Shown here piece after piece: positions 51,361 through 63,170 of a stretch of 64,000 bases of DNA. Under the pieces are notes generated by a model that did no database searches, was not told the origin of the DNA, and saw only the letters and a list, made by a program, of their open reading frames with translations. Position numbers and translations under genes: made by a program. Origin of the DNA: Paragordius varius (lineage: Eukaryota > Animalia > Nematomorpha); NCBI GenBank assembly GCA_964247055.1, contig OZ176050.1, positions 13,578,001-13,642,000 of the forward strand. The letters run 5' to 3'. Position 1 is the first letter of the stretch. Each line of letters opens with the position of its first letter.

Positions 51361-52866
51361 ACAATTATATTCGTATTTTTATCTTTTGATTTTTTGTAAA
51401 TAAAGATTATTCTGTGCTGTTTTTTATCTAAAAAACAAAAAATATAGCATTATTTAAAAAACGTTCTGAAATTTGTTTGAAATATTAATTTTTGTCGAAT
51501 TGCTTAGTTTTTACACAACTATTCAATATCTTTAGTTATAAACATATGATTAATACGCTATGTATCAAGATGATAAAATAACTGCTTTTTAATACCAAAT
51601 ATTCCAAAACTTTATAATAAAGCTTCTTTTGGCAACCAAATTTAAAAGATTGCTCTAAAAGATCTTGATTTCTTCCATCTACCAAACGGTCATATACTTT
51701 GATGCAATAAGCTAGTATTCAATTACTTAGCTCAAAAAACTTTGATGTATGAGATTTTTTATATTTTCAAATGATGAAAAGCCAATTTTTACGAAAATTT
51801 TTAATTTTATAACAAATTTGATTGTTGCATTTTGAACGCTTTACTCATAAATATTGAGGCATTTGGGAACGAAAGCCATTTTAATATTAACTTGCTTTGG
51901 GGTAGTTTTATGTTCCAGAGCTATTTGAAATTGGAATATTTTAAAAAGTATTTAAGTGATCAAGCTTAATTTAAAAATACCCCTTTTTTAGGTTTTAGGC
52001 GCATAATACAAATTTTTTTTTGAAAAAATTTATTGCAAACAAAACCTCATCAAGCCTTTTAACTTTTTCTATAATATTTTGTGAATCGTCAATGCAGACA
52101 AATAAATGTATTTTATGAATAATTGTAAATAATTAACTTCAAAAGGCTTTTAGATTACATTTTTACAGGAAAACTTTATATATTTTGAGTTAAACATCAG
52201 CTGTTCCGTTTCACTCATGTTTGGAGGTGTCCCAATTTTTAGAGTTTAGAAGTTACAAATCTGTATAAAATATAAGCTTTTTTATCTAAGACAGGAGAAC
52301 AATGTTTGATAATTAAATTTTAAATAAAATAATTTTCAGAACAGTAGTTTATTTTAAGGATGACTTCTAGGATAAAAAATCCCCAATATATTCACCGCGG
52401 ACAAAAAGTGAAAAGATCATTAAGTGTTAAAATCTGCAAATAAAATGATCCGTTAAATGCATCAATCATCTAAATTTTTTCTTAAGAAGGAAAATTCTTG
52501 TTAAAATAATGAAAATATGCCTAGTTTATACCAATCGTTTATTTTTAAGGGACCCTGGTTTTAACTTATTAGAATTTGTTGCGCAAAAACACTTTTTTTA
52601 ATTTTATTTTTTGGGAAATTTTTTTGATTTTCTTTAATTTTAAGTACCAATACAAACATATGGTAAAAGAATTATCGTAAAAGTTATAGCCAATAAAACA
52701 GTTTTTATATTTTTTTTATATAATAGGGCTTGACTTGAATCATCGATCATATATAAAAATTGAATGCTCCTAATGATTCACTATTTTATATTTATGTCTT
52801 TATTTAAATTATGTATATATTTTTTATTAAAATTAAATATAAGAGATTAGAATTACTAGCAACTAA

Positions 52867-54562
52867 TAATAATTTTTATGGTTTTGGGACGCTTTAAATT
52901 ACATTTTGTTATAACAACCACGCAATGTATATTTTTACTTTAAAATTCGTTATTTTGGATGTTATCTCATATGATAATATGATTTAGATAGCTAATATAA
53001 AGTTTAGCTATATGTGACATCAACTATATATTTTACAATATCTACACTTAAAAATGGCTAATGACACCCGATATTAGATATTTGTATCAATTAATGGCTC
53101 TCTTTTTAAAATTCATCAGAAGGGGTTATAGCGGCTCTGATGAATTAACAGTTAAGGATTCAAGACAGCTCATATTTCATGTTGAATGAGTTTTTCTTAT
53201 TTAATTTTTAACCATTTAATTAGAACTAACAATTTAATAATATCTCTTACAAATTATAATAAAATTTGTCGCTTGTCTTATACATTATTTAATTATTTAG
53301 CGGAAATATTGGTGTCATAAAAAAAATAGTATTTTATTACTTTTGCGTAGAATAAATTCTCAGGTCTTGATCTTTTCAGGTTTTTTGAAATGTGAGATAG
53401 TCCATCATATTAATTACAAATTTTATGAAATAATACTTATTATACTGATGCTATTTTAATAATTTGATACCCATATTTTATAGAACTAAACTTATAGTGA
53501 TGGGTTAAAACAGTGCATATATCATTCTTATGGAAAAAAGAGTTAACCGAAAATCATCAGTATTTCTATGCTTAATAAATGGTGGAATGCTAATATCTTA
53601 CATATTAACCATTAATTTCCAATCACCACTTACAACAGTTAATTTTCAAAATGATATAAATGATCCTCCGTATTCAATCGGTGATAATATGATAAATCAA
53701 AACAATTATAATAATTTTTATGGTTTTGGGACGCTTTAAATTACATTTTGTTATAACAACCACGCAATGTATATTTTTACTTTAAAATTCGTTATTTTGG
53801 ATGTTATCTCATATGATAATATGATTTAGATAGCTAATATAAAGTTTAGCTATATGTGACATCAACTATATATTTTACAATATCTACACTTAAAAATGGC
53901 TAATGACACCCGATATTAGATATTTGTATCAATTAATGGCTCTCTTTTTAAAATTCATCAGAAGGGGTTATAGCGGCTCTGATGAATTAACAGTTAAGGA
54001 TTCAAGACAGCTCATATTTCATGTTGAATGAGTTTTTCTTATTTAATTTTTAACCATTTAATTAGAACTAACAATTTAATAATATCTCTTACAAATTATA
54101 ATAAAATTTGTCGCTTGTCTTATACATTATTTAATTATTTAGCGGAAATATTGGTGTCATAAAAAAAATAGTATTTTATTACTTTTGCGTAGAATAAATT
54201 CTCAGGTCTTGATCTTTTCAGGTTTTTTGAAATGTGAGATAGTCCATCATATTAATTACAAATTTTATGAAATAATACTTATTATACTGATGCTATTTTA
54301 ATAATTTGATACCCATATTTTATAGAACTAAACTTATAGTGATGGGTTAAAACAGTGCATATATCATTCTTATGGAAAAAAGAGTTAACCGAAAATCATC
54401 AGTATTTCTATGCTTAATAAATGGTGGAATGCTAATATCTTACATATTAACCATTAATTTCCAATCACCACTTACAACAGTTAATTTTCAAAATGATATA
54501 AATGATCCTCCGTATTCAATCGGTGATAATATGATAAATCAAAACAATTATAATAATTTTTA
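52867..54562. repeat. 842-bp direct tandem duplication (2 copies, apparently identical)
   Basis: 52867-53708 equals 53709-54550 wherever I compared them. The 12-nt word TAATAATTTTTA sits at 52867, 53709 and 54551 (junction microhomology). Confidence 0.95.
53530..53739 (+). pseudogene. Truncated duplicate of the first 64 codons of the LamG gene
   Basis: Identical to the start of the 54372 ORF up to NNFY, then reads into duplicated upstream sequence (GFGTL*). Product of the 842-bp tandem duplication. Confidence 0.85.
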
Positions 54563-55934
54563 TTATTATTACAATATTAATGGGAACGTTGATGAATTTG
54601 TTTTCAATAATACAGACGTGTTGTCTGATGGAACAAATGCCTTTGGAAATGATAAATTTATAACTCAACAACTTGAATACGATGCGAAAAAGGGCTTGAA
54701 AATTGGATTGAATGTAACTCAAGTAAGGTCGGATGGAATTTTGGTCACACTTCTATGGCCTCTCATACATAACAATAACATATTTTTTGCGATGGATAAA
54801 ATGAATCATGTAAGCCCTGACAATAGTAATACGAGTCTTATAAATTGTAAAACTTTTTTCACACATTTTTTGATTGTGGTCGAGTTGTTTGAAATGAAAT
54901 TGCGACTGATACCCTATAAAATTTATCTTCCTCAAGAGACAACGATAAAGAATGACGCACGGAACAAACATATCAATGGCAAAAATGTGGATTGTTTCAA
55001 TCTAAGATTCCATAAAATTTCGAATAGTTTGGAAATTTCTATGATTCAAAATGAATTTATTCCCACAGAGCATTTATTACGGTTTCAGAAAGAAGCTCAA
55101 ACTAAAATCATAGAAATCGAAAGAACAAGCCATATAACGACCAGCTCAACCACCAGTTATTACGACTATTTATATGAAAAAACTGATAATGGCCTTATAT
55201 CGAATCAAAATCAAGATAATTTAACCATATCCAATAATCTTTACAGCAATAATCCTCAATACTCGCCGGATGAAGGTATATCATACGGCGATTTTTCATA
55301 TATTCATTTACCTTATCATAGCAAAAAGGGTAACGTAGCAAATAAGGTTAATTCTAAAATGGGTTCAGACAATATAAACATGAATAGGGATAAATTCACC
55401 AGCAAATCTCTGTTGTCTACAAATAAAAATCTTTATCAAACTCAGATTGGTCCAAATATATCGTTCCATCTTTTGCTCAGCATCCATCATATGGACAAAA
55501 CAGATGTAAGAGGTCAATCTGTACCCTTTCTAACCATGACTTATACATATGATAATCAATATACCATAACCAAACATATTGAAAGGATTTATGATAAGGA
55601 TATTCAAAATATTCAGCGATTGGGTGAAAATATTTATACCCCAACGTCCACAAAGGACAAAATCATTGTAACGTTAGGCATTGGTGGATTTTCTGGTTTA
55701 ATAGATAGCATATTAAAAGACACTACCCAATCAAGGAGCCCGTTTAGCCCCCCTGAAATATGGTCAAGGAGTGTAAAATCCGATTTTAGAGGAATCATAA
55801 AGGATGTAACAATCAATGACAAATTGTTTCCATTACTATCAACTTTAAGCATGCACGCAAACATACCGTATTCGCGTACGGAGCAATTACCTGGTTTTGG
55901 GAAAAAACATGTAGGTATATACTTATATATATAA
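54372..55934 (+). CDS. Secreted/membrane protein with N-terminal signal or anchor and one laminin-G-like domain with large Asn/Ser-rich insertions; may splice onward at 55911 or 55915
   Basis: 520-codon ORF in very AT-rich DNA with a hydrophobic N-terminus (VFLCLINGGMLISYILTI). LamG-like strands appear in order: LKIGLNVTQVRSDGILV, FLIVVELFEMKLRL, FHLLLSIHH...MTYTYD, TLGIGGF, FRGIIKDVTINDKLFPL. A GT donor (CAT|GTAGGT) lies just before the stop. Confidence 0.65.
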   Translation: MEKRVNRKSSVFLCLINGGMLISYILTINFQSPLTTVNFQNDINDPPYSIGDNMINQNNYNNFYYYYNINGNVDEFVFNNTDVLSDGTNAFGNDKFITQQLEYDAKKGLKIGLNVTQVRSDGILVTLLWPLIHNNNIFFAMDKMNHVSPDNSNTSLINCKTFFTHFLIVVELFEMKLRLIPYKIYLPQETTIKNDARNKHINGKNVDCFNLRFHKISNSLEISMIQNEFIPTEHLLRFQKEAQTKIIEIERTSHITTSSTTSYYDYLYEKTDNGLISNQNQDNLTISNNLYSNNPQYSPDEGISYGDFSYIHLPYHSKKGNVANKVNSKMGSDNINMNRDKFTSKSLLSTNKNLYQTQIGPNISFHLLLSIHHMDKTDVRGQSVPFLTMTYTYDNQYTITKHIERIYDKDIQNIQRLGENIYTPTSTKDKIIVTLGIGGFSGLIDSILKDTTQSRSPFSPPEIWSRSVKSDFRGIIKDVTINDKLFPLLSTLSMHANIPYSRTEQLPGFGKKHVGIYLYI

Positions 55935-57000
55935 ATATTAATTATTTATTATTAGGTTAAAATAAGGAGTCGCTTAGTAGTTTCGAATTTACGAATTATT
56001 TATCTGAATATTTTGACATATGTATCTTTAATATTTTCTCTTATTTATGAGTTAAAAGATGTATAATATTCTTTATTGGTAAATATAATGGTTCATTTAC
56101 CGTTCCGTATTTTAAAATTTTAAGCTCAATAAATTTAAGCCTGATCATTTATATGCTTGGCTAGTTCTTATTTGATTACAATAAAATCACCGTATATAAA
56201 ACTAGAAGCAATTATTTGTAACATACTAATGGTAAATAAAAAAAATGTTTATAATATCAAAAATATCTTTTTTGATAAGAAATGTTGTTTTATTTTTTGG
56301 TTGCTAAACGGTTGCTTCGGCTAGCGTGCAGAATATTAGGGGTGCAAATTAGAACGTTCTTGATTATAAATGAAAAAACTTATTTTAGTAAATAATAGTG
56401 CGAGATTTCGTAAGGAAACGTCAATAAAACAGTAATTATCGGGTGTATGAAAAACTTATCCCAGATTTTCAGAGAAATCCTGTTTTAGTCTCCAAAGCCG
56501 GTAATCGGTCCCAGTTTTATACATTTAAAGGTAAAAAACCACCGATTTGCCTCCAAATTTTAACTTATGACCCGAACCTTAATATAAAAAATAAATCATT
56601 TTTTATTATTTTTTTATCAAATATCTACTGAATGTTATAATCATTATACATTATTTGATTAAATTAATTTTAAATGAATTAATTTGATACTATTTTTTAA
56701 ATGTCAGGATGCTAATAAGAAACCATGTTTCGCTTAATAGAGCTCCTCATGGAGGCCGGGTTCTCTTGTTTTAATCTATCATTCAATGAAAACGGTTAAT
56801 TAGTACTGACAGTGTAATTTTACGAAAACACAAATTAAATATGAAAAGGAATTGACAACCTATATGTCATAATGGATCAAATTTTAAGGTTTATTTTGTA
56901 GGATTGAAAATACACCTATTAGAGAGAATAAATGATCGGCTGTCAGAAACCGTAATTAAATGACGATGCTACATAAAAAAAAATTTAAGAGCCTTGAAAC

Positions 57001-57190
57001 CAAAGGTGTCCAACACATATGGCTTTGCAGGCTGCATTTTTATATCGAACATTTTTCGCTTCATTGCCAAAATTAGGAAAGATTTATTAACTAAAATGTT
57101 AAAGAATATCATATTTACTTAGATTTTGCAAACTTCGCATATGCGCGCTGCAAAAATATTTTGGAGGGCCGCGTCTTGGACACTTCCTGC
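57001..57190. mobile_element. hAT (Charlie-like) MITE; relatives at ~291-490 and 32658-33136
   Basis: TIRs CAAAGGTGTCCAA / TTGGACACTTCCTG. Shared ATGGCTT..C.GG..GCAT, TTGCCAAAATT and GGAGGGC.GCGT blocks across the three copies. Confidence 0.65.
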
Positions 57191-57449
57191 CTTAAAGCCT
57201 AAAAGGCTAAATGTTGAGCTATATGAAACCAAATAAACCTAACTTTATCATTTTAAAATATATAATATTAGTCTCATCATATAATGTATTTGCAATAAGC
57301 TGATACGATAAAATAATACAAAGTTTGAATAATGTGATATTAATTTTAAAAAGTAATTCATTTACTAAACTTTTGTTGTAAATTAAACCGTTTAACGCAA
57401 TATAATTTTCCCTTTCTTAATTTGCATACTATATTCTCATAAAATCTTT

Positions 57450-57471
57450 GGGGGGGGGGGGGGGGGGGGGG
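57450..57471 (+). repeat. G22 homopolymer (also C16-A13 at 19393-19421; (TA)n tracts at ~9000, 9560, 12362, 21760, 25237, 26464, 38041, 49091)
   Basis: Directly visible runs. Confidence 0.95.
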
Positions 57472-58749
57472 AATTTTTTGGAAGCTTCGATCATTACGAT
57501 TGGTCATTTAAAATTTGTAAAAAATTGCTATGAACGCTAGTTTTATGAAGTAAACTTAACTCAAATTTGCTCTGTTAGAAATAACCGAACACAATTAAAG
57601 TTTCATAAAATAATTTCGAATCCTTTCAGGATCCAAATTGTTAATAACCTTTACTGTAATTTTTTGTCACGACACCTTAAAAGCTTAAGTCACCCGTTAC
57701 TTAGTGTATATACCATAGTAAAACAGTTTTTTCCTAAAGGAGTTCCCTTTCGTATGGTGCCGAAAAATTGCGTTTTTTTTAAATTCGGGGGACCCTAGAA
57801 GCTTTTTTTTGGCTCAATAAGTACAGTAAGAATTAAAATTATGCGGAAAAAACTAAAAATATAAACACAAATATTTTTCTAAAAGACAACCCTACTTTTT
57901 AACCCCTAATTTTTCCAACATAAACTATATAGTTACATTTTTAAATGATATTATTGAATGTATTACATCCTGAATCCCTATGTTGCGACCCAAAACAATA
58001 AGTAATATTTGTAAAAATTAATTCAAAAAGCATGGTTTCTTTTAGAAATAAATATTTTTCTTTATATTTTTACGTTTTGTCCGTATAATTTAATTTTTAC
58101 TTTATGTTGGTATATATTAATAGATTCAATTTAAATAATATTAAACCTAAAAAGTTTTTTCTCTTAATCTGATCAAAGAATGCCGCCGGAGCATCGTTTA
58201 TATAAACAATACTTTTAATATTTGATTTTAAAGCCCCCTTTTTTAATGCGTTAATGTACGATTCTTTAAAATATGTTTACAACTTTTTTGATTTGTCGGT
58301 CTTCTGTTAAATTTCATGCATAAAATGTCTTAAATTTTCAAAGATATGGACGCATAAATTGTGTGTCGGACCTTTGAAAAAATTTTTAAAATCAAAATGC
58401 ACTTAACAATTGATAATTAGTATATGGTAGAATAAGCAAATGACCAAATTTTTTATAAAAATTTTTTCGAAGTAAAATTATTCTGCAAAAACTGTTGCAA
58501 TCGAATATTATTAAATGTATCATTATTGAAACTTTATCGAGTGTTCTTAACTTACAAAACCAATAACTTGGCCATTTAAGAGCCTTAAAATAGGCTAAAG
58601 AAATTCAAATATATTACCAAGTGTAGTCCAAAAGTCATTACCGATTCAACTTAATGAAAATGCCGTAAAAGTTATGAAAACGATTATTTTGACATTCCTT
58701 TTTTTATTTTACATATAACGACAAACATGTGCTTAAGTGAAACAGTTGT

Positions 58750-58792
58750 GTCGAACTGATGAGTGCTAACATGCAAGAAACTAGTCTGCGAT
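58750..58792 (+). ncRNA. Minimal type I hammerhead ribozyme (Penelope-type), core intact
   Basis: GTCGAA CTGATGA GTGC TAACAT GCAA GAAA CTAG TC TGCGAT. Both core boxes are intact and predicted cleavage is after C58786. One mismatch in stem I and one at the stem II closing pair. Confidence 0.8.
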
Positions 58793-58929
58793 TACTATGG
58801 ACGACGAAGGGCTCTCCATATCATTTATTTTCAGTTTTGATTAATTTTCATATAATTTTCAGTTTAGTTTTTGTTTTACCATTATTTCACTGATTTAACA
58901 ACTGTTAATACACGAGTTGAGTCCGAAAA

Positions 58930-59878
58930 ATTCTATAAGCTTGATTTTATTACAGTAATCATGTCCAATTTTGTGATAAAAACTTGTTGCATATTGCTCT
59001 TACCAGAACAGAAGAGAAGGGTTGTTGAAAGTCATCGTTTTCTGACAATCAAAACATGTGAATTTCCAAGCCTAAAAGTTGTGGTTTTAATTTGAAAGAG
59101 TTGGGTGATATGGTAGACTACACGACTACTAAGAAGATCAAGGACAAGAGTTTGATAAATCTATTAAACTTAACGACAAGGCAGAAGCATTATATGTATC
59201 ACAAAAAACAATCAGTAGACGTTTACAAAATAAGGAAAATAGCAATAAATACAGCAAATGCGTTCCATATAATTTAAAAAAAAGTCATATCAAAAATCGT
59301 AAGGATGCAAAATCCTGCTTCAACTTCATGAAACGGAAATAATATTTTTATAAAAGGACGAGAAATGATAAACCCCGTGTGAAGCCAAATCAGATGACAT
59401 AGTGGCTTCTACCTTGCCATGCCGGTTCATCAACACCATTGGCAAGAAAATCATGCTCTGTATCTGGTGGGACCAGAGCGGTGCTGTACATTATGGACTT
59501 TTGAAACTCAAAGACATTAATACCGACCCTATCGCCAACAAATTTAGACTATGCATTTTATAAATAACGACCGGATTGGGCCAAATATGGCATGCTAAGT
59601 GACAATCGTTTCCCACAGTAAATGAATAAAATTGTTTTGATCAAATATTCTTCCGCATCCGTGCTCTCCTGATCTTATCTGACTATTACTTCTTTGAATC
59701 AAGGGGGTACAGCGCGCAGAAGTTTAATATCGATTTTTGGAACATTCTTTACCTGAGAGATGGGCGAAATGTGTAGAAGCCGATGCAAAATTTAAATAAA
59801 ATAATTATATCCTTTCCGTTAGAATAAAGTTTTTCCTATTTACCAAAAAACCGGTACACGCTTGTTTCAACACCTGTT
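58930..59878 (+). mobile_element. Decayed mariner (D,D34D-type) transposase
   Basis: KRRVVESHRFL, MLCIWWDQSGAVHYGLL, HPCSPDL.SDYYFF fragments. Right end CCGGTACACGCTTGTTTCAACACCTGTTA. Confidence 0.75.
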
Positions 59879-62226
59879 ATAGATTAACCCTTGTAATTTT
59901 AAGATAAATATTTTATAAAACACCGTCGGTGGGCCTCAGCTAAAAAATCGGACGATCTTTCGATGGACACCATTCAAAATTATTCGTTGTAAAATATCTT
60001 TAATTCAATCATCAACTTAATTTATATTAAAAAATGTCAGGGCTTTTGATACATGCATTGATTGAAAATATATAAATCAGATAGGCACCGCATTAGAAAG
60101 AGACACAATATATACCATTTACAGTTCAAATTCACCCTCAAACAATTCATATTCACCATTGAACCTTTCAAATTCACCCTAAAAATAAATTATGTGTTCA
60201 AACTAAAATAACCCATTATTAATATGAAATATATCTTTATGGCATAGTTTATTATTTTTTCAGTATTATTTTAGTTTAAAATAAAATTTTATTATAAAAT
60301 ATAGGCAATTTTTAATATTAAAAAAACATATAATTTATTTGAAAGTGAATTTGAATTTCGAGGGTGAATTTGAATTGTTCAAGAATGATTTATATTGTTT
60401 ACGGGTAAATTTGAAATTTAAATCGTATAATATAATATGCCATTTACAAATCAAATTTATCTTCGAACAATTCAAATTTACTTTCAAACAATTCAAATCC
60501 TCAAACAATATAAATTTATTCTAAATTTTTTTGTTTTCGGGCTAATATAACTCATCATTATATGAAATATATCTTTATGCCATGGTTTATTATTTTTTCA
60601 GAAATATCAATTTTATACAAAATTTCAATTCCTAAAAATATAATAAAATACAAATTTATATTAGGGTGTAAATTGTTCAAGGGTGATTTGAAGTGTAATT
60701 AGTATTTATATTAAAATATATTTAGGTATGGCATTAATAATATCTCCGACGTTTTAAGGGGGTAAGTAAACACAACGTTGTCGAATATGTTTTAATTTTT
60801 AGAGAATAATTGCTGAACCTTATGCCTTCAATCCAGAGTCTTCCAAAGTTTTGTAATGATAACATAAATATATCGATTATCTACAAACAGTTAAAATTTA
60901 ATGCCATTTTTAAAAAAAATCTTGAAGGGGTCACAAATAGCCATTTTTTTCTTTAATATTCAAGTATAGGGGTGTAGCGCATCAGCCAAATAGATATCTT
61001 TATATTTACTAATATGTTGATCTACATATGAGTTGAAACATTATAAGAACTTTATTTTTTGTCTAAATATCCAATATAGTGGGCCAAATCTAGAATCAAG
61101 ATTCCAGGCTTCTAAATCAGCTTAAAAAATGTTTAAATTTAATAAACTAAAAACACTGATAGCACCTCTAAAAATATTGGCTCCATAAAGCCACATATTG
61201 CTTGATATGAATTATTATGACTTCTAATTGCAATGGTAATAATAATTTCCACAAGGTGTTGTTTATTTGATTCAAATATATTATCACACATTATAAATGA
61301 AAAACTATTATCAATCCATTTTTTCGATAAAGGAAGTTTTATATCAGTGTCGAAAATTTTATAATATATAAAGGTTTACTCTATTTCCTCCATGATGCAA
61401 TCACAGTAAACAAATTTAAATTATATTTCAAGAGCAATTTTATTTTTTTATTAATAATCATGATTATGCCAGTTATGTTTTAGCTTAAAAATGTAGAAGG
61501 ATCTTTTGATAAAACAAAATATCTTAAGATATTTGGGGCTTAGAATCATCTTTGATTCATATTTAAAATAATAATATATTGTGGAATTTTTATCCTACTT
61601 AATGGGACAGAAAATGCGATTTTCCGATCATGGATGGAACATTTATAATGACCTCGTTTCTAGTGCAAAAATCATGAAATTTCAACTGATAATATTCTGA
61701 GGTAAAATCGTAACTTACTCCATAACCTGTCCCATTTGATTATTATGTTAAAAAATTTACAGTATACGGACAAAACTTAAAAATAAATTACAAATATTTT
61801 ATTTTAAAAGACAACCATTATTTTAAAATCTTAATTTTTTAAATATAAACCATTGTATAAAATTGTAAAGTATGAAATAAAGATGTATATTGGTGAGACA
61901 ATCAATTATTATCTATTTTACATTTGTAATGAAATAATTTATAAGGGAAAAATTAAGGTTTAAAATAGGGTAGTTTGTAAAAAAATATTTGTCCTTATTT
62001 ATTTTTACGTTTTGTCCGTATAATTTCCATTTTTACTGCAAAACATAAGGTAGGAAGAAATATATATAAAATGGACGTCCATCCCCAACCAACCTTACAT
62101 ATGACCTTTTTTTTCGGATAAGCTTTTTAAACCAAACACTACTTGTAAATTAATGATATTAAAAAAAATAGTTTTGATTTTTAGAGAAAGGTTCAAGATA
62201 ATGAGACATGACTTTTATAATTTAGG

Positions 62227-63170
62227 TTATTTTTGAGGGAGTCTGCTGTGTATGATACCAAATAAATTAGCGAAAATATCTAATTCAGTACTTTTGGTGG
62301 TCCTGCTCCTTAGGCGCAAAAATTGTATTTTAAAGGACAGAGTAATTATATTCAAAAAACAAATGCGACTGACGAGTTTTGTGGTTGCCATTTGACATAT
62401 CAGTATTTCTATTACACTGCTCAACAAGGTTTTGCACCACCCCATTATTTTTGCATTTTCTAATACCTAATGGCATGGAAAAGCCAAAACAAAAAAGAAA
62501 ATTGAGGCCACCAATAGGATTTTTCCAAAATTTAATTTTTAAATTTGTATTTAATTCAAAAATAACAATCATTCCTCGTGCACATATGTTTAAATATTCA
62601 AACAAGCAAGTCGATACAAGTAATATTCCATGCATGGATAACAAATTCTAGGCATTAAATAAGATACTAAACAAGCTAAGAGCCAAATTATTAAAAATCT
62701 AAATGGGGCTTATTTATAGTGTGATGGATCCGGGCGGCTGCACAAGCTCTGCATATCCCCCAAGCGATCTTATAATTATGCCAGATGTGGCAAAGATAAC
62801 AATAAGTAATCGTAAAGTCCGATAAGAGAGACTTGCAAGCAAAATCCAGGCAAATTGACATGTCAAATTAACAATTTACTGAATAAAGTTAGATAAATTC
62901 TACAATTAAATTGAATATAAATTAGGTAAATACAAATGGTCCAATCCCATAACAGTAAATTCTACTAAAAGTGGCTACACAACATCCATCTGAAATTCAA
63001 AATACAAAACAACCAATAATTTTTAAAAAAATAAGGTATATCCACCAGGTATAAATAAAGGATTTTTTATAAGAACCAACTCAAGAGAAAAAGTCTAATA
63101 AGTACTCAAAAGAACTAAAACTAACAAAAAAATATAGCCTATCTGAAAGCCGAAGGTTTAAACCATAAAA
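62227..63170 (+). pseudogene. Unidentified decayed coding-like segment
   Basis: Less AT-rich island. One + frame from about 62430 to 63165 reads as protein-like text (MGLIYSVMDPGGCTSSAYPPSDLIIMPDVAKITISN...YKLGKYKWSNPITVNS) broken by about nine scattered stops. Confidence 0.35.

Noticed and set aside
39112-52860. Short ORFs in the AT-rich desert (42128, 43951, 46941, 49013)
   Set aside because: Ile/Lys/Phe/Tyr-rich composition expected from AT-rich non-coding DNA; no motifs or consistent splice chains.
53136-53180. CTGATGA followed by a short stem as a third hammerhead
   Set aside because: No GAAA box or stem I/III partner; better explained as one arm of the 11-bp hairpin.
62227-63170. Possible alternative genetic code (TAA/TAG read as sense) to rescue the frame
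   Set aside because: PSMD2 and MTRR end in TAA with no internal stops, and the broken frame also has TGA stops and a frameshift.
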